A stretch of 64,000 bases of DNA from Myxococcota bacterium (GTDB taxonomy: Bacteria; Myxococcota_C; UBA6777). Below, in pieces: positions 9,709 to 19,652 of this stretch (position 1 is the first letter of the stretch; the number at the start of each line of letters is the position of its first letter). The position numbers and the translations under genes were made by a program. The stretch spans positions 1 through 64,000 of the forward strand of contig JAKLKB010000006.1 in NCBI GenBank assembly GCA_023150835.1, given 5' to 3'. Under the pieces are notes generated by a model, which worked only from the letters and a program-made list of their open reading frames with translations, had not been told where the DNA came from and did not search any database.

Positions 9709-10173
9709 ATGAATACATCGGCGATGCGTTTGTGGGTGGTGTTTGTTTCGGGTGTGTTGTTTTCGGTGGGGTTGGGGCTTTCGGGGATGACGCAGCCCGT
9801 GAAGGTGAAGGGGTTTTTGGACTTTTTTGGGAGCTTTGATCCGACGCTGTTGGCGGTGATCGGTTCGGCGACAGGGTTAAATGTGATCTTGTTTCGTTTC
9901 ATTTTGCGCCGTCCTGCGCCGATCTTGGAGGAGAAGTTTTCTTTGCCGACCAAGAAAGAAGTGGACAGGCCGTTGGTGTTGGGGGCGGTGTTGTTTGGGA
10001 TGGGATGGGGGATCGGTGGTTTTTGCCCCGGGCCTGCGTTGACGTCGCTGGCGTCGGGTACGTGGACCGTGTTGATCTTTGTGATCGCGATGGCAGCGGG
10101 GAGTTTGGGTTATCTGTTTGTGGAAAAGCAGATGCAAAGTGCCAAAGTTTCGCGGGAATCCAAGAAGTCTTAA
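9709..10173 (+). CDS. YeeE/YedE family membrane protein (second subunit)
   Basis: GLGLSGMTQPVKVKGFLD and FGMGWGIGGFCPGPA; AAGGAG RBS. Confidence 0.9.
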   Translation: MNTSAMRLWVVFVSGVLFSVGLGLSGMTQPVKVKGFLDFFGSFDPTLLAVIGSATGLNVILFRFILRRPAPILEEKFSLPTKKEVDRPLVLGAVLFGMGWGIGGFCPGPALTSLASGTWTVLIFVIAMAAGSLGYLFVEKQMQSAKVSRESKKS

Positions 10174-10338
10174 CGCAGGGCCTTGTCTCGAAAGTGTTTT
10201 TGGCGCTATCGTGCGGGGTGTTTTGTGACACTTTGGCGGCATAGCTTGCGCGGTTCGTTGGGGCTGCTTAAACAAAGCCGCGAAGAGGGCGTCATGGCCC
10301 TCGAAACCAAAGACCCTGTAGAAAGAAAGGTTAGATGG

Positions 10339-12219
10339 ATGCGTCGATGGATTCCCGTAGTGATGTTTTTCTTTGCGCTTGGTGCGGCGATGACAGGCGG
10401 ATTTGCCTGTGATGGCCCAAAAACAGAACAGACAACCGAAACCCAGAAAGAGCCGACGGCAGAAGCAACACCCGAAGAACAGACCGTGATACCCGAAGAA
10501 AAAGCGGCGGATGGCAGCGAGACGGTAGCCGATGGAACGGGCGAGACGGTAGCCGATGGAACGGGCGAGACAGTGGCCGACGGAACGGGCGAGACAGTGG
10601 CCGACGGAACGGGCGAGACGGTAGCCGACGGAACGGGCGAGACGGTAGCCGACGGAACGGGCGAGACGGTAGCCGACGGAACGGGCGAGACGGTAGCCGA
10701 TGGAACGGGTGAAACGGTAGCCGAAGTGACGCCTGAATCGAATGCGGCACCTGATCCAGCGGCAGCTACGCAGATTACTGCGGTTCGCGGCGGTACAGCG
10801 GGGGATATCAAGAAGGTGGCGGTGACTTACTTGAAGCCCTTGATGCCGGGGGCTTCTGCAACCGATGGTGCGGGCTTTTTTGTGCAAGCCACCCAAGATG
10901 GCCCTGCGTTGTTTGTGGCCGTCGATCCGAGCACAACAACACCTCCGCTTAGTGTAGGAGATATCATCTCATTTAAAGCCGACACCGTGACCGCTTCGCA
11001 AGGGCGTCAAGAAGTGACGGCGATCAGCAACTTGACTGTGGATGGCAAAGGTTACGATGTGACGAAGCTTGCTCAAGACATCAGCGCAAAAGCCGATGTC
11101 GTGAGCGCTTTGGATAGCTACGAATCAGAAATCGTCTCGTTGGAGGCCAAGTTCAAAGGGGCATTTGCGAGCGGAGGAGCTGGCTATTCGAAGATCACGG
11201 TGGAGAGCGCGGGTTTGACGGGGGATGCCAAGTTTCTTGTGCGTGTTCCTGTTGCGGTTTCGACGGATCTCGGCGATGTCGATGGTTGTACCTTCTCGCT
11301 GCGTGGCGTGCCGATGTGGCGCTTTACAGCGGATGCGCAAGTTTCGTTCTTTTCGCTCACTGCGCTGACGTTGAAGACATGCCCTGCGCCCAAATTGCTT
11401 TCGGCGCAAGCAACGAACGCAACGACGGTGATCTTGACGTTCAATCGTCGCCTTGATGGAACAAGCATCCTTGGTGGCTCGCAATTCACCTTTGATAAGG
11501 GCCTTACAGCATCGTCGAGTACAGCGTTGGGAGAGCGTGTAGAGTTGACCACAGGCCAACAAACTGCTGACGAAGAGTACACTGTGACCGTGGCTGCGAC
11601 GGTTAAAGATTCCCTTGGGAGTGGGGTGGATGCCACCGCGAATTCAGTCAAGTTCAAGGGATTCCGACCGTTTACGAGTTCGCTGATGATCAACGAGATC
11701 CTCGCCGATCCACCGACAACAGGGGGAGATGCCAACAAAGACGGCACAGTGAACTCAACGCATGACGAATTTGTTGAGATCGTGAACATTTCGGCCAACG
11801 CGGTGAATTTGTCAGGTTATAAGATCCTCGTGGGCACGGCGGTGGTCTTTACCTTTGGAAGCGTCTCGCTTGCTGCGGGCAAAGCAGTGGTGGTGTTTGG
11901 TGGTGGCATGACCAACGACACCGAAGTCGGAACAGGCACGCCGCACAGCAAGTTCAGCGGCTCGTTGGTATACAAGGCGACAGCGAGTTCAGGGCTTGGA
12001 CTTACAAACAGCGGGAAGATCGTTACGTTGCAAGACGCGACCGGTGCGACGCTGGATACTTTGGAGTACAAGAGCAGCGGGGCTTGCAAAGGGGATGCAG
12101 ACGAATCGGTGAACCGCGCACCTGATTTGACGCCGTACTCCTGCGAAAGACACAAGACCTTGCCGGGAGCCACGACGGCGTTTAGCCCGGGAACCAAGTC
12201 GGACGGTTCGAGCTTTTAA
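10339..12219 (+). CDS. Lipoprotein with ETVADGTG repeat linker, Ig-like region and C-terminal lamin-tail (LTD) domain
   Basis: MRRWIPVVMFFFALGAAMTGGFAC lipoprotein-like signal; LTD signature LMINEILADPP...DANKDG...DEFVEIVN...LSGY. Confidence 0.75.
   Translation: MRRWIPVVMFFFALGAAMTGGFACDGPKTEQTTETQKEPTAEATPEEQTVIPEEKAADGSETVADGTGETVADGTGETVADGTGETVADGTGETVADGTGETVADGTGETVADGTGETVADGTGETVAEVTPESNAAPDPAAATQITAVRGGTAGDIKKVAVTYLKPLMPGASATDGAGFFVQATQDGPALFVAVDPSTTTPPLSVGDIISFKADTVTASQGRQEVTAISNLTVDGKGYDVTKLAQDISAKADVVSALDSYESEIVSLEAKFKGAFASGGAGYSKITVESAGLTGDAKFLVRVPVAVSTDLGDVDGCTFSLRGVPMWRFTADAQVSFFSLTALTLKTCPAPKLLSAQATNATTVILTFNRRLDGTSILGGSQFTFDKGLTASSSTALGERVELTTGQQTADEEYTVTVAATVKDSLGSGVDATANSVKFKGFRPFTSSLMINEILADPPTTGGDANKDGTVNSTHDEFVEIVNISANAVNLSGYKILVGTAVVFTFGSVSLAAGKAVVVFGGGMTNDTEVGTGTPHSKFSGSLVYKATASSGLGLTNSGKIVTLQDATGATLDTLEYKSSGACKGDADESVNRAPDLTPYSCERHKTLPGATTAFSPGTKSDGSSF
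10519..10724 (+). repeat. Coding tandem repeat, 24 bp x ~8.5 (ETVADGTG)
   Basis: GAGACGGTAGCCGAYGGAACGGGC repeated in frame. Confidence 0.95.
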
Positions 12220-12317
12220 TCGGATAGGATGGGCTCTGCTCTGCTCTGCTCTGGTTGGGGGATCTGGTGGCGGAGTGGGGGGCGGATGCTTGGGTACAAT
12301 CGAACGAACGGCTGTTT

Positions 12318-12989
12318 TTAAGGGGCAGCGGACCGAGTGGTGGGCAGCGGCGGTGGGGATTGTAGGGTGAGGTGGGGACGGACGCGCTGAAGTGTCTTGG
12401 GGCCGATTCCACGGATATCGCGAAGCTGTTCGAGGCGGGTAAAGGGGCCTTTTTGCGTGCGCCTTGCGACGATCGCTGTGGCGAGGCGTTGGGAGATCCG
12501 AGGGATGGCGGTGAGTTCGGATGCTGTAGCGTGATTGAGTGGAAGAGGGATGCCAAGGAGGATGCGTTGGGGGGCAGGAAGCATCGAGAGATGGGCGTGG
12601 CAGTATGGTATCGCTGTGTGTGCGGTGGATGTAGGGTGAACGCGATGTGATGCGGGGACAGAGGTGGAAGATCGCGATGGGATGGACAGATGCAAGAGTT
12701 GTCCGTGTTGGGGGATCGGGAGAGGTGGAAGGGTGCAGCGCTTTTTGAGGGGGCGTAGGTAGGTAGCGAGGAAGGGCTGGGCTTCTTTGGGGTCGGTGGG
12801 TAGGCAAAGAACGATCTGTTGTTGGAGGAACGCGAGACCGATCCAGCGAGCACAGGTGGGGGGCGTGGTGGGTTGGGGCGGTGGGGCGTTGGAAAACCAA
12901 TGCAGAAAAAGCAGCAGAGCAAAGATCAAAAAGCTCCATATCCCAAGGAAGAGCGGAAAGGTCGGTCTTTGGGCTGCGTGGGTGGACAT
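12318..12989 (-). CDS. ComEA-like helix-hairpin-helix DNA-binding membrane protein
   Basis: N-terminal TM segment; LPLNHATASELTAIPRISQRLATAIV...GPFTRLEQLRDIRGIGPKT. Confidence 0.75.
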   Translation of the reverse strand: MSTHAAQRPTFPLFLGIWSFLIFALLLFLHWFSNAPPPQPTTPPTCARWIGLAFLQQQIVLCLPTDPKEAQPFLATYLRPLKKRCTLPPLPIPQHGQLLHLSIPSRSSTSVPASHRVHPTSTAHTAIPYCHAHLSMLPAPQRILLGIPLPLNHATASELTAIPRISQRLATAIVARRTQKGPFTRLEQLRDIRGIGPKTLQRVRPHLTLQSPPPLPTTRSAAP

Positions 12990-13103
12990 GCGCGATCTCT
13001 TGTGGTGTGGGTGGTTTGTGGAGAGGTTTGGTCGGACAGAGGAGGCCGGGAGAGACCACGACCTCGGTGCTATCGGTCTTTGTGGACGCAGGGAGGACGT
13101 CGA

Positions 13104-14531
13104 TCAGAGGAGATTGGCAGCGATCTCTGCGAGCTTAGAGCGTTCGCCTTTTTGGAGCGTGATGTGGCCTGAGAGTGGTTGATTTTGAAAGCGGCGAACG
13201 AGGTGGACAAGGCCGTTGCTAGAGGAATCGAGATAAGGGTGATCGATCTGGTAAGGGTCGCCCGTAAGGACGATCTTGGTGTCTTCACCTGCGCGTGAGA
13301 CGATGGTTTTGATCTCGTGGGGAGTGAGGTTTTGTGCTTCATCAACGATCATGTATTGGCGGGGGATCGAGCGGCCACGGATGTAGGTGAGGGGTTCGAT
13401 CTGCAAGACGCCAAGGTCGATCAGTTCTTGGTAGGAGCGACCGCTGCGTTTGTCTTTTTGGTTGAGGCCCATCAAGAGTTCAACGTTGTCAAAGATCGGC
13501 TGCATCCAAGGCCCGAGTTTTTCGTTGAGTCCGCCCGGGAGGTAGCCAAGATCGCGGCCCATCGGGAAGATCGGACGGCTGACGAGCAAGCGTTGGTAAA
13601 GCTGCTGATCCATGGTGGTCATCAGACCGGCAGCGATGGCAAGAAGGGTTTTTCCTGTGCCGGCTTTTCCGACAAGGGTGACGAGTTTGATGCGCGGATC
13701 GAGCAGGAGTTCGAGCGCAAAGCGTTGTTCTTTGTTGCGGGGCTGGATGCCCCAAACGTCCTTGTATTGGGGGCGAAAGGCGACTACGTTTTTGCCGTCA
13801 GGCTCGATCCGCGCAAGGCCGCTGTGTTGGGGATTGTTGCTGGAGACAAGGGAGAGAAACTGGTTGGCGTAGAAGTCGAAGCGTCCGCCTTGTGCGGGGT
13901 TCGGGAGGCTCGGAGGAGGGGGAGCGGCGCTGGTGGTGTTTGTGGTGGGCGGAGGTTCGGGCTTGGGGAGGATGGCTTGGAGATCTTCGATCTGGATCTG
14001 TTCGGTTTGGAAGAGTTGGTCGATAAAGCCGCTAGGGACGGTGAGTTCTTGGTAGCCGGGATAAAGCTCGTCGATGGGGCGGCTTTCGGGTTCAAAGTCT
14101 TCGGCGTCAAGGCCGACAGCATCGGCGCGGATACGGAGGTTGGTGTCTTTGCTGATCAAGATCGTCTTGCGGTCGGGTTCTTCGGTGCAAAGGCGCATGG
14201 CGACGGCGAGGATCTTGCTGTCGGGGTGGTTGGGATCTTGGAAGAGGTTAGAAAGTTTTTGGCTTTTTTCGGCGAAGAGGATGCGTAGGGTTCCGCCGCT
14301 TTGGAGGGTGACACCGTCTTTGGAGATGTCGCCCTCTTGTTTTCGGTAGTGATCGAGATAACGCGCCACTTGGCGAGCATTTCGCCCGATCTCGTTGATA
14401 TCTTTTTTGAATTGATCGAGTTCTTCGATCACGTAGATCGGGATAACGACGTGGTTGTCGGCGAAGTCGAAGATGGCATGGGGATCGTGAAGCAAGACGT
14501 TGGTATCAAGGACGAAGTTTTTGGCGGTCAT
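13104..14531 (-). CDS. PIN-domain PhoH family ATPase (PhoH2/YlaK type)
   Basis: FVLDTNVLLHDP PIN start, SKDTNLRIRA, Walker A GKAGTGKT, YIRGRS, DEAQN, GDPYQID. Confidence 0.95.
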   Translation of the reverse strand: MTAKNFVLDTNVLLHDPHAIFDFADNHVVIPIYVIEELDQFKKDINEIGRNARQVARYLDHYRKQEGDISKDGVTLQSGGTLRILFAEKSQKLSNLFQDPNHPDSKILAVAMRLCTEEPDRKTILISKDTNLRIRADAVGLDAEDFEPESRPIDELYPGYQELTVPSGFIDQLFQTEQIQIEDLQAILPKPEPPPTTNTTSAAPPPPSLPNPAQGGRFDFYANQFLSLVSSNNPQHSGLARIEPDGKNVVAFRPQYKDVWGIQPRNKEQRFALELLLDPRIKLVTLVGKAGTGKTLLAIAAGLMTTMDQQLYQRLLVSRPIFPMGRDLGYLPGGLNEKLGPWMQPIFDNVELLMGLNQKDKRSGRSYQELIDLGVLQIEPLTYIRGRSIPRQYMIVDEAQNLTPHEIKTIVSRAGEDTKIVLTGDPYQIDHPYLDSSSNGLVHLVRRFQNQPLSGHITLQKGERSKLAEIAANLL

Positions 14532-14721
14532 GCGGCTTCCTTTGTGGATGTGGGCGCGAGGTTGCGCGAGTGAGATGCTTCGCTCGTGGCTGTCGCAAGG
14601 GCGTCTATCCTAGGGCCAAGCGAACAAAAGGTCAACGTACGGCTTGGCTTGGTGTAGGGTGGTGTGTAGGGTGGATGTGCAACAATCGAAAAGTGCGATC
14701 GTTTGGGTCGAGGAGGTAAGG

Positions 14722-15963
14722 ATGACGATGAGCTTGGAAAAAGCGGTGGATGGGAGCGAAGTGGTTTCGTGTCGGCATTGTGGGCGGAAGAATCGGATCT
14801 TGGTAGAGCGTGCGTTGGAGGAGCCTGCCTCGTTGCGATGTGGGGCGTGTCGGGGAGGGCTGTTGTTGGAGACGACGGAAGCGTATGTGGGGCTGAGCGG
14901 TCGGGCCTATCAGCATCCGTGGGATCGGGAGGCATTGGCGGCGTTGCAGAAAGTGCCGGGGATCGACTCGCTGTTGCGGTGGTTGGTGTCGGAGAGTTTC
15001 GAGCGTGCATCGCGGATGTATCACGTTTCTTCGTACATTCGATGTCATGAGCGTCAGGGCAAGGCGTTGTATCGGATGTATCGGGATGTATCGGAGCGGC
15101 TGGATATCCAAGAAGTGCCGGAGTTGTTTTTGTATCGAGGGGGCGGGATGAATGCCTATACAACGGGGGTTCGGAAGCCTTTGGTGGCGTTGTCGGCGGA
15201 GCTGGTGGAGGGATTGGAAGATCAAGAGCTGCGCGGAGTGATAGCGCATGAGTTGGGGCATTGGCAAAACGATCACGTTCTCTACAGCATGGCGGCGCAG
15301 TTGTTGGGCAATTTTGCGGGGGCGATGGCGATCTCGGTGTTGGGTTTGGGGACGTTGGCGATGATGCCGTTGCGACTGGCGCTGTTGAAGTGGATGCGAT
15401 GTTCGGAGTTGACGGCAGATCGGGCGGAATTGATCGCGGTACGTGATCCGCGAGTGGTGATCCGCACGTTGATGAAGATCGCGGGAGCGACGCCGCGATT
15501 GATGGAGCAGCTTGATCTGGACAGCTTTTTGGAACAAGTCGACGAGGCCGAACAGATGGAACAAGAGCAGATCTTGAATCGCGTCTTTTCGCTGATGCAG
15601 TCGGTGTTTCGTACACATCCGTTGGTGGCGTGGCGCGCATCAGAGTTGATGCGGTGGGCGCGTAGTGGACAGTATGTGCAGTTGATGGCGGGCCATTATC
15701 TGCGGCGTGGAGACGAAGAAGCGCGAGATTGTGAGGCGTGTCATCGCCCTTATACGGCGTCTTTGGAGCGATGTCCGCACTGCGGTCATCGAGCGGGCGA
15801 GCGGGTCGCAGAAAAGACCGAAGAGAAGGACTTTTTCACACAAGTGCAGGATATGCTGCCGAACGGAGTGCAGGATGCGGTGGCGCAAGGTACTTCGTGG
15901 CTCAAAGGATGGTTTGGGGGAGACGAGCGAAGCGAGGGCCAAGGGCCGCAAAAACCAAAGTGA
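14722..15963 (+). CDS. M48 family zinc metallopeptidase with N- and C-terminal zinc ribbons
   Basis: MNAYTTG, IAHELGH, ELTADRA, THP; CxxC pairs at both ends; GAGGAGG RBS before ATG 14722. Confidence 0.85.
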   Translation: MTMSLEKAVDGSEVVSCRHCGRKNRILVERALEEPASLRCGACRGGLLLETTEAYVGLSGRAYQHPWDREALAALQKVPGIDSLLRWLVSESFERASRMYHVSSYIRCHERQGKALYRMYRDVSERLDIQEVPELFLYRGGGMNAYTTGVRKPLVALSAELVEGLEDQELRGVIAHELGHWQNDHVLYSMAAQLLGNFAGAMAISVLGLGTLAMMPLRLALLKWMRCSELTADRAELIAVRDPRVVIRTLMKIAGATPRLMEQLDLDSFLEQVDEAEQMEQEQILNRVFSLMQSVFRTHPLVAWRASELMRWARSGQYVQLMAGHYLRRGDEEARDCEACHRPYTASLERCPHCGHRAGERVAEKTEEKDFFTQVQDMLPNGVQDAVAQGTSWLKGWFGGDERSEGQGPQKPK

Positions 15964-16194
15964 TCGCAGGATGGATGGACTTGGCGGGGGATGGAAGTAC
16001 TTGACAGTGGTCTGTCTTTTCTGTTAAAGATGCGCCGCTTTTGGTGATCCTGCTTGTACATCGCCTTGTTTTTTGACGCGGTGCGTCCGTGTGTTTGTGG
16101 GGTGTACGGGAGTGTGTCTGGGGGCGAGGGAGGTGTGGTTTCGATGTTTCACACGCAGGAGTTCGTCTTTTTCCGTTTGCTTTGGCGATAGAGC

Positions 16195-17508
16195 GTGTGC
16201 GTGGTTTCACAAGACGCGGTCGATGCGCTTGTACGAAGAAGAGAAGGAATCAAGATCTTGATCAATCCAGCCGATTATAGCTTGGCCGATTTTTATTACA
16301 GTGAGACCAATGATCCGACGTGTCCGCCGCCCGAGTTTACGGCGTGGCGTGAGGCGGGAGCGTGGGCGATGTCGTTGATGGAACCTGCGTTGCACGGCCC
16401 CGCGATTCCGCGTGTTTCGATCTATCGTGCGGGACACGATCAAAAGGTGATCAACCTGTCGTCTTACAACTACATGGGGATGGCGCATCATCCTGAAGTG
16501 ATCGAAGCCGCCAAGCAAGCGTTGGATAAGTACGGTGTCGGCGCTTGTGGATCTCCGCTCTTGTCGGGGCTTTCTGATCTTCACCGTGAGTTGGAAGTGA
16601 AGCTTGCGGCGTTTTTGGGCCGCGAGGCAGTGATGCTTTACAACAGCGGTTTTGGCGCAGCGATGGGCGCTTTGGCGGGGATGTTGCGCAAGGGCGACAC
16701 GGCGATCTTGGACGCAAAGTGCCATCTTTGCGCGATGGATGGGGCTTCGCTGTCCAAAGCCAAGCGGGTGTTTTTTGATCACAACAGCGCAGCTTCTTTG
16801 GAAGAAGCGCTGTCGAAGAGCGAAGGGCAGCGGCGTTTGGTGGTGTTGGAGGGGGTGTATTCGATGGATGGCGATGTGGCGGATCTTCCGGCGTTGTTGG
16901 AAGTGACCCGTCGTCATAAAGCCAGTGTGTTCATCGACGAAGCGCACTCGCTGTTGGTGTACGGCAAGCATGGGCGCGGTGTGGCTGAGCATTTCGAGGC
17001 AGAAGCCGATATCGCGGTGATGTTTGGCACGTTCAGCAAATCTTTCGCAGGGGTGGGCGGATTTGTTGCGGCCAAAAAAGAACTGGTGGATTACCTGCGT
17101 TATTACAGCAACCCCTACGGTTTTAGCTGTGCCTTGCCGCCCTCGGTGGTTGCGGCGTTGTTGAAGGTCTTGGAGATCTTCCAACGCGACGATTCATTGC
17201 AAAAACGCCTGTGGGACAACACGCATTACTACCGTTCGCAGCTTTTGCAGATGGGGGTCAATATCGGGGAGTCGACTTCGCAAGTGGTTCCGATCGTGAT
17301 CGGCTCGAATCGTTTGTTGTTGTACCAACTCTGCCACGAGATGAACGAAAAGGGCCTGTTCTTGGCTCCTGTGGATTATCCCTCTGTTCCCGAAGGGCAG
17401 CTGCGTTTTCGCTCGGCGATCACAGCCGCCCACACCCGCGAAGATCTCGACGAAGCACTTCAGATCATCGAAGACACAGTGGTCAAACGCCTCAAAGAAC
17501 AAGGCTAA
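16195..17508 (+). CDS. PLP-dependent alpha-oxoamine synthase, serine palmitoyltransferase-like
   Basis: SSYNYMG, EGVYSMDGD, IDEAHS, GTFSKS (PLP Lys), YPSVPEG. Start codon uncertain. Confidence 0.85.
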   Translation: MCVVSQDAVDALVRRREGIKILINPADYSLADFYYSETNDPTCPPPEFTAWREAGAWAMSLMEPALHGPAIPRVSIYRAGHDQKVINLSSYNYMGMAHHPEVIEAAKQALDKYGVGACGSPLLSGLSDLHRELEVKLAAFLGREAVMLYNSGFGAAMGALAGMLRKGDTAILDAKCHLCAMDGASLSKAKRVFFDHNSAASLEEALSKSEGQRRLVVLEGVYSMDGDVADLPALLEVTRRHKASVFIDEAHSLLVYGKHGRGVAEHFEAEADIAVMFGTFSKSFAGVGGFVAAKKELVDYLRYYSNPYGFSCALPPSVVAALLKVLEIFQRDDSLQKRLWDNTHYYRSQLLQMGVNIGESTSQVVPIVIGSNRLLLYQLCHEMNEKGLFLAPVDYPSVPEGQLRFRSAITAAHTREDLDEALQIIEDTVVKRLKEQG

Positions 17509-17540
17509 ACCCAACACGAAGGCCCCACAGACGCGATCGA

Positions 17541-17676
17541 TCTGCTCCAAACGCGAACGATACCGATAAACGCGGTAGGTCTGCTCCAAACGCGAACGAT
17601 ACCGATAAACGCGGTAGGTCTGCTCCAAACGCGAACGATACCGATAAACGCGGTAGGTCTGCTCCAAACGCGAACG
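17541..17676. repeat. Intergenic tandem repeat, 39 bp x 3.5
   Basis: TCTGCTCCAAACGCGAACGATACCGATAAACGCGGTAGG, identical copies. Confidence 0.95.
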
Positions 17677-17963
17677 GCTCTTCTCCATGCAAAACAGCTC
17701 TTCATCCATGCGGAAGGGGGTACGTTTTGCGGCGCATACAGTATCGCGGCACGTTTACGCCACGAGTGTTGTTTTTGTGCAACACCGAATGCGGTGGATG
17801 GGCTGTGGGGGTGCGGGTTGAGCGTGTTGTATCTTGCGGTGGTTCGGTCTTTTTGGATCGAGTCACAGTGTGGAATGTGACGTATGGCGTAGGGTTTGCT
17901 AAGGAGAGAAGAGGCTTTTTTGGAGTCGTGGTTTGTTGTGGGTGAAGAGGCGAGGTGTGTGAG

Positions 17964-18935
17964 ATGGCGATGGTATGGATGTTTCCGGGACAGAGTTCGC
18001 GCTATGCAGGGATGATCGAAAAGCTGGTGTCGTTGCATGATGCCAATCGGGTGTTGTTGGGCCGAGCATCGGAGCTTTTGAATCGGGACGTGGGGGCGTG
18101 TTATGCGTCTTCGCGCAGCGAAGAAGAGATGTTTGCGAGCAATCGCGATGTGCAGATCGGTGTTTTTCTTGCGAATCAGATGTTTTTGCAGATCTTGGAA
18201 GCGGCAGGATTGAAGGCGGATTACTCGCTTGGTTTGAGCTTGGGCGAGTGGAATCATCTGGTGCATATCGGTGCGGTTTCGTTTGATCAGGCGTTGTTGG
18301 CGGTGGAGCAGCGGGGCTTGGCGTATGATGCGGGTCCACGCGGTTCGATGGCTTCGGTGTATCCGGCGTCGGTGGAAGACTTGGAGCCGATCTTGGAGCG
18401 ATCCCGAGCTTTTGGGGTGGTCGAGGCCGTGAATCTGAACTCGCCACGCCAGCAAGTGATCTCAGGAGAGACCGCAGCTCTCGATGAAGCCGTGCGTTTG
18501 ATCGAAGAAGAATTGTTTTTGCAGCCCGTGATCATCGAGCGCCAAGTGCCGATGCACGCATCGATCTTTCGCCCCGCAGGCGAGCAGTTTCGAGCGCATC
18601 TAACCAAGATGCGATTCCAAAAGCCCGCGCTACCGTATCTTCCAAATCGTTTGGGACGCATCCAAGAATCCCCCACCCAAGAAGACTTTGTGGAACTGCT
18701 GTCTTCGCATGTGTACAGCCCTGTGCTGTGGCGGCATTCGATCGATTTTTTGGTGGAACGCCACCCGAACGCGGTGTTTGTCGAGGTGGGGCCGCGTGGT
18801 GTGCTGCATAATTTGTTGGATCGTCGGTGGCATCGAGATATCCGCAAGTTCAAGATGGATAGCGCCCAAGACACCGAAGCGCATCAACAAGAAACGATCG
18901 CAGCGCTTCGTCAATTGGCTGAAGAGACCGTGTAA
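17964..18935 (+). CDS. ACP S-malonyltransferase (FabD-like AT)
   Basis: WMFPGQ, GLSLGE (Ser nucleophile), NLNSPRQQVISG, PMHAS, SPVLW, EVGP. Confidence 0.9.
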   Translation: MAMVWMFPGQSSRYAGMIEKLVSLHDANRVLLGRASELLNRDVGACYASSRSEEEMFASNRDVQIGVFLANQMFLQILEAAGLKADYSLGLSLGEWNHLVHIGAVSFDQALLAVEQRGLAYDAGPRGSMASVYPASVEDLEPILERSRAFGVVEAVNLNSPRQQVISGETAALDEAVRLIEEELFLQPVIIERQVPMHASIFRPAGEQFRAHLTKMRFQKPALPYLPNRLGRIQESPTQEDFVELLSSHVYSPVLWRHSIDFLVERHPNAVFVEVGPRGVLHNLLDRRWHRDIRKFKMDSAQDTEAHQQETIAALRQLAEETV

Positions 18936-19085
18936 AAAGCCAATTGGCTGAAGAGACCGTGTAAAAAGTCAATTGGCTGAAGAGACCGTGTAAAAAGTCA
19001 ATTGGCTGAAGAGACCGTGTAAAAAGTCAATTGGCTGAAGAGACCGTGTAAAAAGCCAATTGGCCGAAGAGACCGTGCAAAAAAG
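18912..19085. repeat. Tandem repeat, 29 bp x 6; first copy contains the AT stop codon
   Basis: CAATTGGCTGAAGAGACCGTGTAAAAAGY repeated. Confidence 0.95.
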
Positions 19086-19100
19086 AAGGACAGAGATCGG

Positions 19101-19652
19101 ATGGACGTGGAGAAGTTGGTGCGTCGGATGCGGCGCAAGCGCTTGTTTGAGATCGGGGAGGGGGCCGAACAAGTGAGGCTGGGGCGCGATGCGATCAAGC
19201 AGATGATCCCGCATCGTGAGCCGTTTTTGTTGTTGGATCAGATCGATACGGTGGATCTTTCGCAGGTCGCGATGATCGCACGTCGAACGATCGATCCGAG
19301 CGATCCGATCTTGCGAGGGCATTTTCCCGGAGATCCCGTTTATCCCGGGGCTTTGTTGTTGGAGATGTTGGGGCAGGCGATGTTGTGTTTGAACCACCTC
19401 AATAACCTCGGACGGACGGCGGTTTTCCCCGAAGATCGGCCAAGACCTGTGCGTTTGATGAAGCTGTATCACGCGCTGTTTCTGGCCGAAGTTCGGCCTG
19501 ACGAAGAGATCGAGCTTTTGGTGCAAAAGATCGATGGAGGCGAATACACGTTGACTTGCGCGGGGCAGGTGTGCAAGGGTGACGCGATTTGCACCGTCAC
19601 CGTGATGGAAGTCTATCTTGTTGAGGAAGAGACGGAAAGGAGTGCGCTTTGA
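19101..19652 (+). CDS. FabZ/FabA-like 3-hydroxyacyl-ACP dehydratase
   Basis: IPHREPFLLLDQI and GHFPGDPVYPGALLLEMLGQ (His/Glu dyad). Confidence 0.9.
   Translation: MDVEKLVRRMRRKRLFEIGEGAEQVRLGRDAIKQMIPHREPFLLLDQIDTVDLSQVAMIARRTIDPSDPILRGHFPGDPVYPGALLLEMLGQAMLCLNHLNNLGRTAVFPEDRPRPVRLMKLYHALFLAEVRPDEEIELLVQKIDGGEYTLTCAGQVCKGDAICTVTVMEVYLVEEETERSAL

Noticed and set aside
16195-17508. bioF (biotin synthesis)
   Set aside because: No other bio genes nearby; the GTFSKS motif and ACP-pathway context fit an SPT-like enzyme better. Exact specificity is unresolved.
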